Source of the DNA: Sphingomonas sp.
GTDB lineage: Bacteria > Pseudomonadota > Alphaproteobacteria > Sphingomonadales > Sphingomonadaceae
Length of the DNA: 41,455 bases
NCBI GenBank assembly: GCA_036675225.1
Contig: JAKFFL010000020.1
Span: 1 to 41,455 of the forward strand
Reading direction: 5' to 3'
Shown here: positions 9,739 to 17,775 of the stretch, in pieces
Layout: each line of letters begins with the position of its first letter
Position numbering within the stretch: position 1 is the first letter of the stretch
Position numbers and translations under genes: made by a program
The notes under the pieces: model-generated
What the model saw: the letters and a program-made list of their open reading frames with translations, nothing else
What the model was told of the DNA's origin: nothing
Database searches by the model: none

Positions 9739-10203
9739 CTAGGTCAGGGCGGCAATCAGCCCCATGGCGAGCACCGCGAAGGTCAGGAACACCGGCACGA
9801 CCAGCATCTGCACCAATGCGGCCGGTCCACTGGCGTGGCCGGTCAGCGTGTCCATGCCGCCCTTGATGAATCTGCCGAGCCCGGGGCGGGTCTCGCGCAT
9901 CGGCTCCACAGCGAAGAAGATGCGTGGGACGGTGAAGAAGATCGCCACGAAGAAGCCCGAGATGACAATCGCGAAGATCGAGCTGAGCGAGCCGGCGGTC
10001 GCGACGAACAATGCGACGATGAGAGCGGCATAGGTGGCCGCGATCATCCCACCGACCGCTGCGGGCACGTCGGGAGCCGCCGCCACCGCGCCTGGCCGTT
10101 CGCCAACGGGAGATGGCGAAAGGGTGGAGGCGGCCAGCAAGGTGACGGCGGTTTCGTCGATGGGTTGGCTGCGTTCGAATGTATCGGGGTCGTAGCGCAC
10201 CAA
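9739..10203 (-). CDS. Hypothetical membrane protein (~154 aa, 3 predicted TM helices)
   Basis: 3' half of the 9739..10608 ORF; GAAAGG RBS before TTG 10203; hydrophobic segments. Confidence 0.7.
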   Translation of the reverse strand: MVRYDPDTFERSQPIDETAVTLLAASTLSPSPVGERPGAVAAAPDVPAAVGGMIAATYAALIVALFVATAGSLSSIFAIVISGFFVAIFFTVPRIFFAVEPMRETRPGLGRFIKGGMDTLTGHASGPAALVQMLVVPVFLTFAVLAMGLIAALT

Positions 10204-10285
10204 TTGGAACCTTTCTCTGACGCCGGCGGACCGGCGGCTGGGATGACGACTGGCGATTGGACTAATCCGGCCTGACACCGGCACG

Positions 10286-10299
10286 ATGATCTGAATCAA
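10286..10299. promoter_or_regulatory. FNR/FixK-type box between the membrane-protein gene and nnrS
   Basis: ATGAT-CTGA-ATCAA, 9/10 to TTGAT-N4-ATCAA. Confidence 0.8.
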
Positions 10300-10345
10300 A
10301 TCCCGGGCGTTCAGCCGTGCGAGGGCGCCGGGTATGGAGGCAAGG

Positions 10346-11554
10346 ATGCAGACTCGAGGAGAACAGATGCTGGCTCTGCGGCGCGCGCGGAACGCCGCCT
10401 CGCCGCCAATTCTGAGGGGCGGCTTCCGGCCCTTCTTCCTCGGCGGTGCGCTGTGGGCGGTCATCGCTTTGTGCATCTGGATCGCCTCGCTCGCCGGCAG
10501 CATTGCCATCCCGTCCGCCTTCGATGCCCTCACCTGGCACCGCCACGAGATGCTGTTCGGATTCGTCGGTGCAATCATCACCGGCTTCCTCCTGACCGCC
10601 ATTCCCAACTGGACGGGGCGGCTGCCGATTGCCGGCGGCCCCCTCGCGGGCCTGTTTGCGCTGTGGCTGGCGGCTCGACTGGCCGTGCTCTTCTCGGAGA
10701 GCCTCGGCGCCGCCGTGGCGGCTGTTCTCGATGTCGGCTTTTACCTGCTGCTTGCGGGCGTTGCCGCCCGCGAGGTGCTCGAAGCGAAGAATCGCAACCT
10801 GCCGATCGTCGGCATGATTGTGCTATTCGGGATTGCCAACGGCCTCGACCATCTGGCGGCGGCCGGCATCCTCCTCGATCCCGCCGTGCCGTGGGAGCTG
10901 GCAGTGGCCCTCGTCACCATCCTCATCTCGCTAATCGGCGGCCGGATCGTCCCGTCCTTCACCCGCAACTGGCTGGCCAAGAGCGGTGTCCGCGACGGGC
11001 TGCCTGAACAGCCGGGCCGGTTCGACCTGGTCGTCATCGGCCTGACCGCCTTCTCGCTACTCGCCTGGATTTCAGCCCCAGCCGGCTGGCTTCCGGGCCT
11101 GTTACTGGCGCTCGCCGCCGTCGCCCAGGCGGCTCGCCTGGCGCGATGGAAAGGCTGGAAGGCGGCCGCCGACCCGCTCGTCCTCATCCTCCACGTCGGT
11201 TACGCGTGGGTCCCGGTTGGTCTCGGGCTGCTCGCGGCCTCGCAATTCGGCGCTTTGCCGCAGTCCGCGGCCGTCCATGCCCTCACCGCCGGCGCCATGG
11301 CGACGATGATCCTGGCGGTGATGACCCGGGCGACGCTGGGCCACACGGGCCGCGAGCTTCGTGCCGGGCCGGCGACGAGCCTGATCTATATCCTGGTAAC
11401 AACTGGCGCGGTGCTGCGAGTCGGCGCTGTCGCCTGGGGCAGCAATTACCAGCTGGGCCTAGAGGTCGCCGGTGCCGCTTGGGCCGGGGCCTTCCTTTTG
11501 TTCGTCGCTGTCTACGGCCCGATCCTGTTCGCACCGCGCGTCGGCGAAAGCTGA
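10346..11554 (+). CDS. nnrS: NnrS family membrane protein (nitrosative stress tolerance)
   Basis: GFRPFFL, WHRHEMLFG, GFLLTAIPNWTG, GGRIVPSFT.NW, HALTAG, MTRATLGHTGR; GGAGG RBS favours ATG 10346. Confidence 0.93.
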   Translation: MQTRGEQMLALRRARNAASPPILRGGFRPFFLGGALWAVIALCIWIASLAGSIAIPSAFDALTWHRHEMLFGFVGAIITGFLLTAIPNWTGRLPIAGGPLAGLFALWLAARLAVLFSESLGAAVAAVLDVGFYLLLAGVAAREVLEAKNRNLPIVGMIVLFGIANGLDHLAAAGILLDPAVPWELAVALVTILISLIGGRIVPSFTRNWLAKSGVRDGLPEQPGRFDLVVIGLTAFSLLAWISAPAGWLPGLLLALAAVAQAARLARWKGWKAAADPLVLILHVGYAWVPVGLGLLAASQFGALPQSAAVHALTAGAMATMILAVMTRATLGHTGRELRAGPATSLIYILVTTGAVLRVGAVAWGSNYQLGLEVAGAAWAGAFLLFVAVYGPILFAPRVGES

Positions 11555-11571
11555 GCGCGCAGGAGCAAGCG

Positions 11572-11585
11572 ATGCGCTAGATCAA
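11572..11585. promoter_or_regulatory. Degenerate FNR/FixK-type box upstream of nrdJ
   Basis: ATGCG-CTAG-ATCAA (7/10), centred ~63 bp before the start codon, similar to other boxes. Confidence 0.55.
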
Positions 11586-11641
11586 TTCGCCGGCGCGGCG
11601 CGCCGCTAGCCTGGTCCTCCACCAATGACCGGGAGGGACAA

Positions 11642-13852
11642 ATGGGCTTCGAAGTCGCGCTGGCCGAGGAAATCTGGACCGCGAAATACCGCTTTGCGCC
11701 GAGCGAGGGCGCGGCCGATGAGGATTTCGCGGCGACCGCGACGCGGGTGGCGATGGCGGTAGCCGAGGCCGAGGCCGAGGACCAGCGCGTCGCCTGGTTC
11801 GAGCGCTTCCGCGAAGCGATGCTCGATTTCCGCTTCCTGCCCGCCGGTCGAATCATCGCCGGTGCAGGCACCGCGCGCAGCGTCACCTTGTTCAACTGCT
11901 TCGTCATGGGCACCATCCCCGATAGCCTGGGTGGCATTTTCGACCATCTGCGCGAAGCAGCGCTGACGATGCAGCAGGGCGGTGGTGTCGGCATGGATTT
12001 TTCGACGATCCGGCCGAACGGTGCCGCGGTCGAGGGTGTCGGCGCCGATGCCTCGGGCCCATTGTCGTTCATGGATTGCTGGGATTCGATGTGCCGCACC
12101 GTCCATTCGGCCGGCCAGCGACGTGGCGCGATGATGGGCTGCCTGACCATCGACCATCCCGACATCGAAGCGTTCATCGACGCCAAGCGGGATCCCTTGC
12201 GGCTGCGCAACTTCAACCTGTCGGTGCTGGTCAGCGATGCCTTCATGACGGCGCTCGGCGCCGATGCCGACTGGCCGCTCACATTCCAGGGCAAGACCTT
12301 CCGGACCGTCCGCGCCCGCGACCTGTGGGAGCGGCTGATGCGGTCGACCTACGATTGCGCGGAGCCGGGCGTGATCTTCATCGATCGCGTCAATGCCGCC
12401 AACAACTTGAAGCATTGCGAGACGATCAGCGCCAGCAATCCCTGCGGCGAACAGATGCTGCCGCCCTATGGCGCCTGCCTGCTGGGCTCGATCAACCTCG
12501 CCCGGTTGGTGGCGCGGCCGTTCGAAGATGGGGCCGAGCTCGACGAGCAGGAGCTTGCGGATCTCACCGCCACCGCGGTCAGGATGCTCGACAATGTCAT
12601 CGACATCTCGCGATACCCGCTGCCGCAGCAGGAGGCGGAAGCCAAGGCCAAACGCCGCATCGGCCTGGGAATCACCGGACTTGCCGATGCGCTCCTGTTC
12701 TGCGGCAAGGTCTATGGCAGCGGCGAAGCTGTGGCACTGGTCCGGCGCTGGCTGGAAGTCATCAAGCGCGAGGCCTACCGCACCTCGGCACGCCTGGCCG
12801 CCGAAAAGGGCCGATTCCCGCTTTACGACCCAGCGATGCTCGACACGCCAAACCTGAAATCGCTGGACGAGGAGACACGCGCTCTGATCGCCGAGCATGG
12901 ACTGCGCAATGGCTGCCTGACCTCGATCGCGCCAACCGGGACGACGTCCTTGCTGGCCGGCAATGTCTCGTCGGGAATCGAGCCGGTGTTCGCCTTCTCC
13001 TATGAGCGGCGGATCCTCCAGGCGGATGGCGGCGCTCGGTACGAGCCGGTCGAGGATTATGCGATGCACGTCTGGCGCAAGCTACGTGGCGACGAGCCTC
13101 CGCCCGAGGAACTATTCGTCAGCGCCCAGACTCTGCAACCGTCGGACCATCTGGCGATGCAGGCTGCGGCCCAGGCGCTGGTCGACAGCTCGATTTCCAA
13201 GACGGTCAATTGCCCCGAGGACATCGCCTTCGACGCGTTCGCCGATATCTACATCGAGGGCTATCATTTGGGCTGCAAGGGCATGACCACCTACCGCCCG
13301 AACGCGGTCACGGGATCGGTGCTCAAACTGTCCAACGAATCGCCGACGCCCGAGCCGGGCCCGAGCCTGGCGGAGCGCAGCGAGGCGATGCACGGCACCA
13401 CCTACAAGCTCAAATGGCCGGAAAGCGCGCATGCCGTTTACGTGACGATCAACGACCTCGACAGCGACGGCAAGCGTCGGCCATTCGAAATCTTCGTCAA
13501 CTCGAAGAACATGGAACACTATGCGTGGACGCTGGGTTTGACCCGGATGATTTCGGCGGTGTTCCGGCGGGGCGGCGACGTTTCTTTCGTGCCCGAAGAG
13601 CTGAAGGCGGTGTTCGACCCGCGCGGGGGAGCGTGGATGAAAGGCCGCTATGTCCCGTCTCTGCTGGCGGCGATTGGCGAAGTGATCGAGTGCCATATCG
13701 GACGGGAAACTGCCGGGCCCGGTCCGAAGGCGGACGAAACGCCCATGGCAACCGCGGCCAGGCCATGCTGCCCGAAATGCGGGGTTGGGGCGCTGATCAG
13801 GGTTGAGGGTTGCGACAAGTGCCTGGAATGCGGCCATTCGAAATGTGGCTGA
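11642..13852 (+). CDS. nrdJ: Adenosylcobalamin-dependent (class II) ribonucleotide reductase
   Basis: TLFNCF, GGGVG, SNPCGE, CLLGSINL, IAPTGT, SISKTVN, CKGMTTYR, TSCPD-like domain and C-terminal Cys cluster; no R2 gene nearby. Confidence 0.92.
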   Translation: MGFEVALAEEIWTAKYRFAPSEGAADEDFAATATRVAMAVAEAEAEDQRVAWFERFREAMLDFRFLPAGRIIAGAGTARSVTLFNCFVMGTIPDSLGGIFDHLREAALTMQQGGGVGMDFSTIRPNGAAVEGVGADASGPLSFMDCWDSMCRTVHSAGQRRGAMMGCLTIDHPDIEAFIDAKRDPLRLRNFNLSVLVSDAFMTALGADADWPLTFQGKTFRTVRARDLWERLMRSTYDCAEPGVIFIDRVNAANNLKHCETISASNPCGEQMLPPYGACLLGSINLARLVARPFEDGAELDEQELADLTATAVRMLDNVIDISRYPLPQQEAEAKAKRRIGLGITGLADALLFCGKVYGSGEAVALVRRWLEVIKREAYRTSARLAAEKGRFPLYDPAMLDTPNLKSLDEETRALIAEHGLRNGCLTSIAPTGTTSLLAGNVSSGIEPVFAFSYERRILQADGGARYEPVEDYAMHVWRKLRGDEPPPEELFVSAQTLQPSDHLAMQAAAQALVDSSISKTVNCPEDIAFDAFADIYIEGYHLGCKGMTTYRPNAVTGSVLKLSNESPTPEPGPSLAERSEAMHGTTYKLKWPESAHAVYVTINDLDSDGKRRPFEIFVNSKNMEHYAWTLGLTRMISAVFRRGGDVSFVPEELKAVFDPRGGAWMKGRYVPSLLAAIGEVIECHIGRETAGPGPKADETPMATAARPCCPKCGVGALIRVEGCDKCLECGHSKCG

Positions 13853-13853
13853 C

Positions 13854-13867
13854 TTGATTCAGATCAC
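13854..13867. promoter_or_regulatory. FNR/FixK-type box upstream of moaA
   Basis: TTGAT-TCAG-ATCAC (9/10). Confidence 0.8.
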
Positions 13868-13924
13868 GGTAGGGGCTTACGGCGTTGCTAGGCGCGGCAG
13901 CGTTGGAGACTTGAGATCGAGGGG

Positions 13925-14935
13925 ATGAGCGCGGTGGCGGCGGTCAAGCCGGGAGCGATGGTCGACGGATTCGGGCGGACGATCAGCTACGTGCGAATCT
14001 CGGTCACCGATCGCTGCAATTTGCGCTGCCGTTATTGCATGGCCGAGCACATGGAGTTCCTCCCCCGCCGCGACCTGTTGTCGCTGGAGGAGATCGCCGA
14101 CCTCGCCGACATCTTCATCGCCCGCGGCGTCCGCCGGCTGCGGCTGACCGGCGGCGAGCCCCTGGTCCGGCGCGGCATCGGCGGGCTGTTCGAATCGCTC
14201 GGCAAAAGAATCGATGGCGGCCTCGAGGAAGTGACGCTGACCACCAATGGCGTGCTGCTCGACCGCTTTGCCGATTTGCTTGCCGGCAACGGCGTGCGCC
14301 GGATCAATGTCAGCCTCGACAGCCTCTCCCCCGATCGCTTCGCGCACATCACCCGTGGCGGCGACTTGTCCCAGGTTATGGCCGGGATCGCGGCGGCACG
14401 GGCGGCCGGCCTCAAGGTCAAGATCAACATGGTCGCGCTGGCCGGGCTCAACGACGATGAGTTCGAGGACATGCTGCTGTGGTGCGACAGCCAAGGCCTC
14501 GACCTGACGTTGATCGAGACCATGCCGTTGGGTGAGGTCGAGGAGGACCGAACCTGCCATTACCTGCCGCTCGACGCGGTCCGCCGGCGGCTCGAGCAGC
14601 GCTTCACCCTGATCCCCACACTATCGCGGACGGGCGGCCCCGCCCGCTATTACGATGTTGCCGGCCACTCGACGCGCCTCGGCATGATCACCCCGCTAAG
14701 CGCCAACTTCTGCGCAGGCTGCAACCGAATTCGCGTCGCCGCCACCGGTACCGTTTATGGGTGCCTTGGCCACGACCAGAAGGTCGAGCTGCGCGATGCT
14801 TTGCGATCCGGCGGGGCGGACGCTGTCGACGGGCTGCTCGACACATTGCTGGCCGGCAAGCCGAAAGGCCACGATTTCCGGATCGCGGCGGCGCGCCCGG
14901 CGGTGGCCCGGCACATGAGCGTCACCGGAGGTTAG
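13925..14935 (+). CDS. moaA: GTP 3',8-cyclase
   Basis: RISVTDRCNLRCRYCM radical-SAM motif, TGGEP, C-terminal CxxC..C cluster, terminal GG. Confidence 0.96.
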   Translation: MSAVAAVKPGAMVDGFGRTISYVRISVTDRCNLRCRYCMAEHMEFLPRRDLLSLEEIADLADIFIARGVRRLRLTGGEPLVRRGIGGLFESLGKRIDGGLEEVTLTTNGVLLDRFADLLAGNGVRRINVSLDSLSPDRFAHITRGGDLSQVMAGIAAARAAGLKVKINMVALAGLNDDEFEDMLLWCDSQGLDLTLIETMPLGEVEEDRTCHYLPLDAVRRRLEQRFTLIPTLSRTGGPARYYDVAGHSTRLGMITPLSANFCAGCNRIRVAATGTVYGCLGHDQKVELRDALRSGGADAVDGLLDTLLAGKPKGHDFRIAAARPAVARHMSVTGG

Positions 14936-14948
14936 CGGTGCCGCGGAA

Positions 14949-14962
14949 ATGATCCTGATCAA
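14949..14962. promoter_or_regulatory. FNR/FixK-type box upstream of narK-narGHJI
   Basis: ATGAT-CCTG-ATCAA (9/10). Confidence 0.85.
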
Positions 14963-15025
14963 AGCCCTTGCTTGCCCGCTTCGCCAGAGGCGCCCGCACG
15001 CATTGTCTGGCAAGGATTTCGACCG

Positions 15026-17761
15026 ATGAACGGCAAAGTCGCCGAGGCTCCAGCGAGCGGCGCCGATCGCGTCCTGTGGACTAGCACCGCCGCTTTCACC
15101 GCCTGCTTCGCCGTGTGGACGATTTTCTCGATCATCGGACTCGGCGTGAAAGACGAGCTTGGTCTCAGCGAAACCGAGTTCGGCTTGCTGGTCGGTACGC
15201 CGATTCTCACCGGCTCGCTGGTTCGGGTCCTGCTCGGGGTGTGGGCCGACCAGATTGGCGGCCGGCGGGTGTTCGCCGCGGTCATGGTGCTCGCCGCCAT
15301 CGCCACCTTCCTGACGTCCTACGCGGACACATACGCAGAGCTACTGTTCGCTGCGCTTGGCGTCGGCATTGCCGGGGGCTCATTCTCGGTCGGCGTCACC
15401 TACGTCTCCAAATTCTACCCGCCTTCGCGCCAAGGGACAGCGCTCGGTATCTTCGGCGCCGGCAACGTCGGGTCGGCCGTCACCAAGTTCGTCGCCCCGT
15501 TCGTGATGGTCGCGGCCGGATGGCAGGCGGTGGCGCAATATTGGGCGGTCGGCCTGCTCGTCATGGCCGTCCTGTTCCTGGCATTGACGAAGGAAGATCC
15601 CGCCCAACTGGCGCGGGCGCGCGAAAAACGCAGCGCCGCGACCATGGCGAGCCAGCTGGCGGTCCTCAAGAACATCCAGGTCTGGCGTTTCGCCCTCTAT
15701 TACTTCTTCGTCTTCGGCGCCTTCGTGGCGCTGGCGTTGTGGCTGCCGCACTATTTGATCAGCGTTTACGGGCTCGACGTGAAGACCGCCGGCATGCTCG
15801 CCGCTTTCTACTCGGTCCCTGCCAGCGTCTTTCGCATTTACGGCGGCAAGCTGTCCGACCGCTACGGCGCCAGGTCGGTCCTGTATGTCACCTTTGCCAT
15901 GTCGGTTCTGTGCACCTTCATGCTGTCCTACCCGCCGACGACCTACATCATCGAAGGCGTGCACGGGCCGATCAGCTTCCGTACCGAAATGGGCCTGATC
16001 CCGTTCCTGGTGGCGATTTTTGTCCTCGGCTTCTTCATGAGCCTGGGCAAGGCCGCGGTCTTCAAGCACATTCCCGTCTATTACCCGAACCATGTCGGCG
16101 CGGTCGGCGGGCTGGTCGGCATGGTCGGCGGCCTTGGCGGCTTCGTACTGCCATTGGCGTTCGGCGCGCTTGCCGACGTTACCGGCATCTGGACCAGCTG
16201 CTTCGTACTGCTGTTCGTGCTGGTTTCCGTGGCCCTGGCCTGGATGCACTTCTCCGTCCGCCAGATGGAGTCGACGGCGAGTCGCAAGGACGCCCGCGCC
16301 AGGTTGCCCGAGCTGCCCGAAATGCAGGGCTTCGGCGAGCCAGGCGTCGTCGTGCCGCCAAGGAAGGCCGGTCCGATCGCCGACTGGCGGCCAGAAGATG
16401 CGGAATTCTGGCGAAGCGGCGGCCGCGCCATTGCCCGGCGCAATTTGTGGGTGTCCACCTATTGCCTGCTGCTGTCATTCGCGGTGTGGATGGTGTGGTC
16501 GGTGGTCGTCGCGCGGCTCCCCGCCATCGGCTTTGAATTCACCACCGGCCAGTTGTTCTGGCTCGCCGCCTTGCCCGGACTGTCCGGTGCGACGTTGAGA
16601 ATCTTCTACGCCTTCCTCGTGCCGATTTTCGGCGGCCGGCTGTGGACGACCCTGTCGACCGCTTCGCTGCTAATCCCGGCGTTCGGCATCGGCTATGCGG
16701 TGCAGAATCCCGACACGCCGTACCTGATCTTCCTGGTGTTGGCCCTGCTGTGCGGCCTTGGCGGCGGCAACTTCGCTTCGTCGATGGCCAATATCAGCTA
16801 TTTCTTCCCCAAGGCCGAGAAAGGCAATGCGCTGGCGCTTAACGCCGGCCTCGGCAATTTGGGCGTTAGCCTCATGCAGTTCCTGGTGCCGGTCGTGATC
16901 ACCATGGGGCTGTTCGGGGCGCTCGGTGGCCAGTCCCAGACCGCCGCCGACGGCACCCAATATTGGATGCAGAACGCGGGGTTCGTTTGGATCCCGCTGA
17001 TCGTCATTGGCAGTATCGCCGCCTGGTTCGGGATGAACGACATCCTTTCGGCCAAATCGTCCTTCGCCGAGCAGGCGACCATTTTCGGCCGCTTGCATAC
17101 CTGGCTGATGTGCTGGCTCTACACCGGCACGTTCGGCACCTTCATCGGCATGTCGGCCGGATTCCCGCTGCTGTCCAAGTTGGTTTTCCCCGAGATCAAC
17201 GCGCTCAACTACGCCTTCGTCGGGCCGCTGCTGGGTGCTCTGTCGCGCGCAGGAACCGGCAAGATGGCGGACCGTTACGGGGGAGCGCGGATCAGTCTGT
17301 GGGTGTTCCTGTTCCAGATCGCGGCGATCCTGGGCATGATTGTCTTCCTCGACGCGCGGAGCTTCTGGGGGTTCTACTCCATGGTGCTGTTGCTGTTCGT
17401 CGTCAGCGGGGTTGGCAATGCCTCGACCTTCCAGATGATTCCCGGCGCCATCCGCCACGAAATTGACCGGTCGGAGCCCGGACTGCCGGACGACGCGCGG
17501 CGCCAGCAGGCCGAGCGGGAGTCGGCCGCTGTCATCGGTTTCACCTCGGCCATCGCCGCTTATGGCGCCTTCTACATCCCCAAGGCTTACGGCTCGTCGA
17601 TCGAACTGACCGGCACCGCCAATGCCGCGCTGTGGGGCTTCCTCATGTTCTACGTCAGCTGCGCCGCCCTGACCTGGCTCGTCTACAGCGGGCCGCGCGG
17701 CATCCTCCACGACATCGAGCGCCGCATGGGCGCAACCAGAAGAGCGCCGATCCCGGCTTAG
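15026..17761 (+). CDS. narK: Fused double-MFS nitrate/nitrite transporter (NarK1-NarK2 type)
   Basis: ~911 aa with two MFS modules; nitrate signatures GIFGAGNVG, GGGNFASSMANI, NAGLGNLG, GVGNASTF; AAGGA RBS before ATG 15026. Confidence 0.93.
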   Translation: MNGKVAEAPASGADRVLWTSTAAFTACFAVWTIFSIIGLGVKDELGLSETEFGLLVGTPILTGSLVRVLLGVWADQIGGRRVFAAVMVLAAIATFLTSYADTYAELLFAALGVGIAGGSFSVGVTYVSKFYPPSRQGTALGIFGAGNVGSAVTKFVAPFVMVAAGWQAVAQYWAVGLLVMAVLFLALTKEDPAQLARAREKRSAATMASQLAVLKNIQVWRFALYYFFVFGAFVALALWLPHYLISVYGLDVKTAGMLAAFYSVPASVFRIYGGKLSDRYGARSVLYVTFAMSVLCTFMLSYPPTTYIIEGVHGPISFRTEMGLIPFLVAIFVLGFFMSLGKAAVFKHIPVYYPNHVGAVGGLVGMVGGLGGFVLPLAFGALADVTGIWTSCFVLLFVLVSVALAWMHFSVRQMESTASRKDARARLPELPEMQGFGEPGVVVPPRKAGPIADWRPEDAEFWRSGGRAIARRNLWVSTYCLLLSFAVWMVWSVVVARLPAIGFEFTTGQLFWLAALPGLSGATLRIFYAFLVPIFGGRLWTTLSTASLLIPAFGIGYAVQNPDTPYLIFLVLALLCGLGGGNFASSMANISYFFPKAEKGNALALNAGLGNLGVSLMQFLVPVVITMGLFGALGGQSQTAADGTQYWMQNAGFVWIPLIVIGSIAAWFGMNDILSAKSSFAEQATIFGRLHTWLMCWLYTGTFGTFIGMSAGFPLLSKLVFPEINALNYAFVGPLLGALSRAGTGKMADRYGGARISLWVFLFQIAAILGMIVFLDARSFWGFYSMVLLLFVVSGVGNASTFQMIPGAIRHEIDRSEPGLPDDARRQQAERESAAVIGFTSAIAAYGAFYIPKAYGSSIELTGTANAALWGFLMFYVSCAALTWLVYSGPRGILHDIERRMGATRRAPIPA

Positions 17762-17775
17762 AAGGACCTAGCGGC

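Noticed and set aside
9634-10275. 213-aa plus-strand ORF
   Set aside because: Spans the tRNA and is antisense to the membrane-protein gene
10287-13866. Exact 13-bp inverted repeat (TGATCTGAATCAA / TTGATTCAGATCA) bracketing nnrS-nrdJ, as an invertible or transposable unit
   Set aside because: Both copies are FNR boxes at promoter-appropriate positions; the match does not extend and no recombinase is present
13869-13875. GTAGGGG match to the tRNA 3' end as an att site
   Set aside because: Only 7 nt and internal to the block; expected by chance
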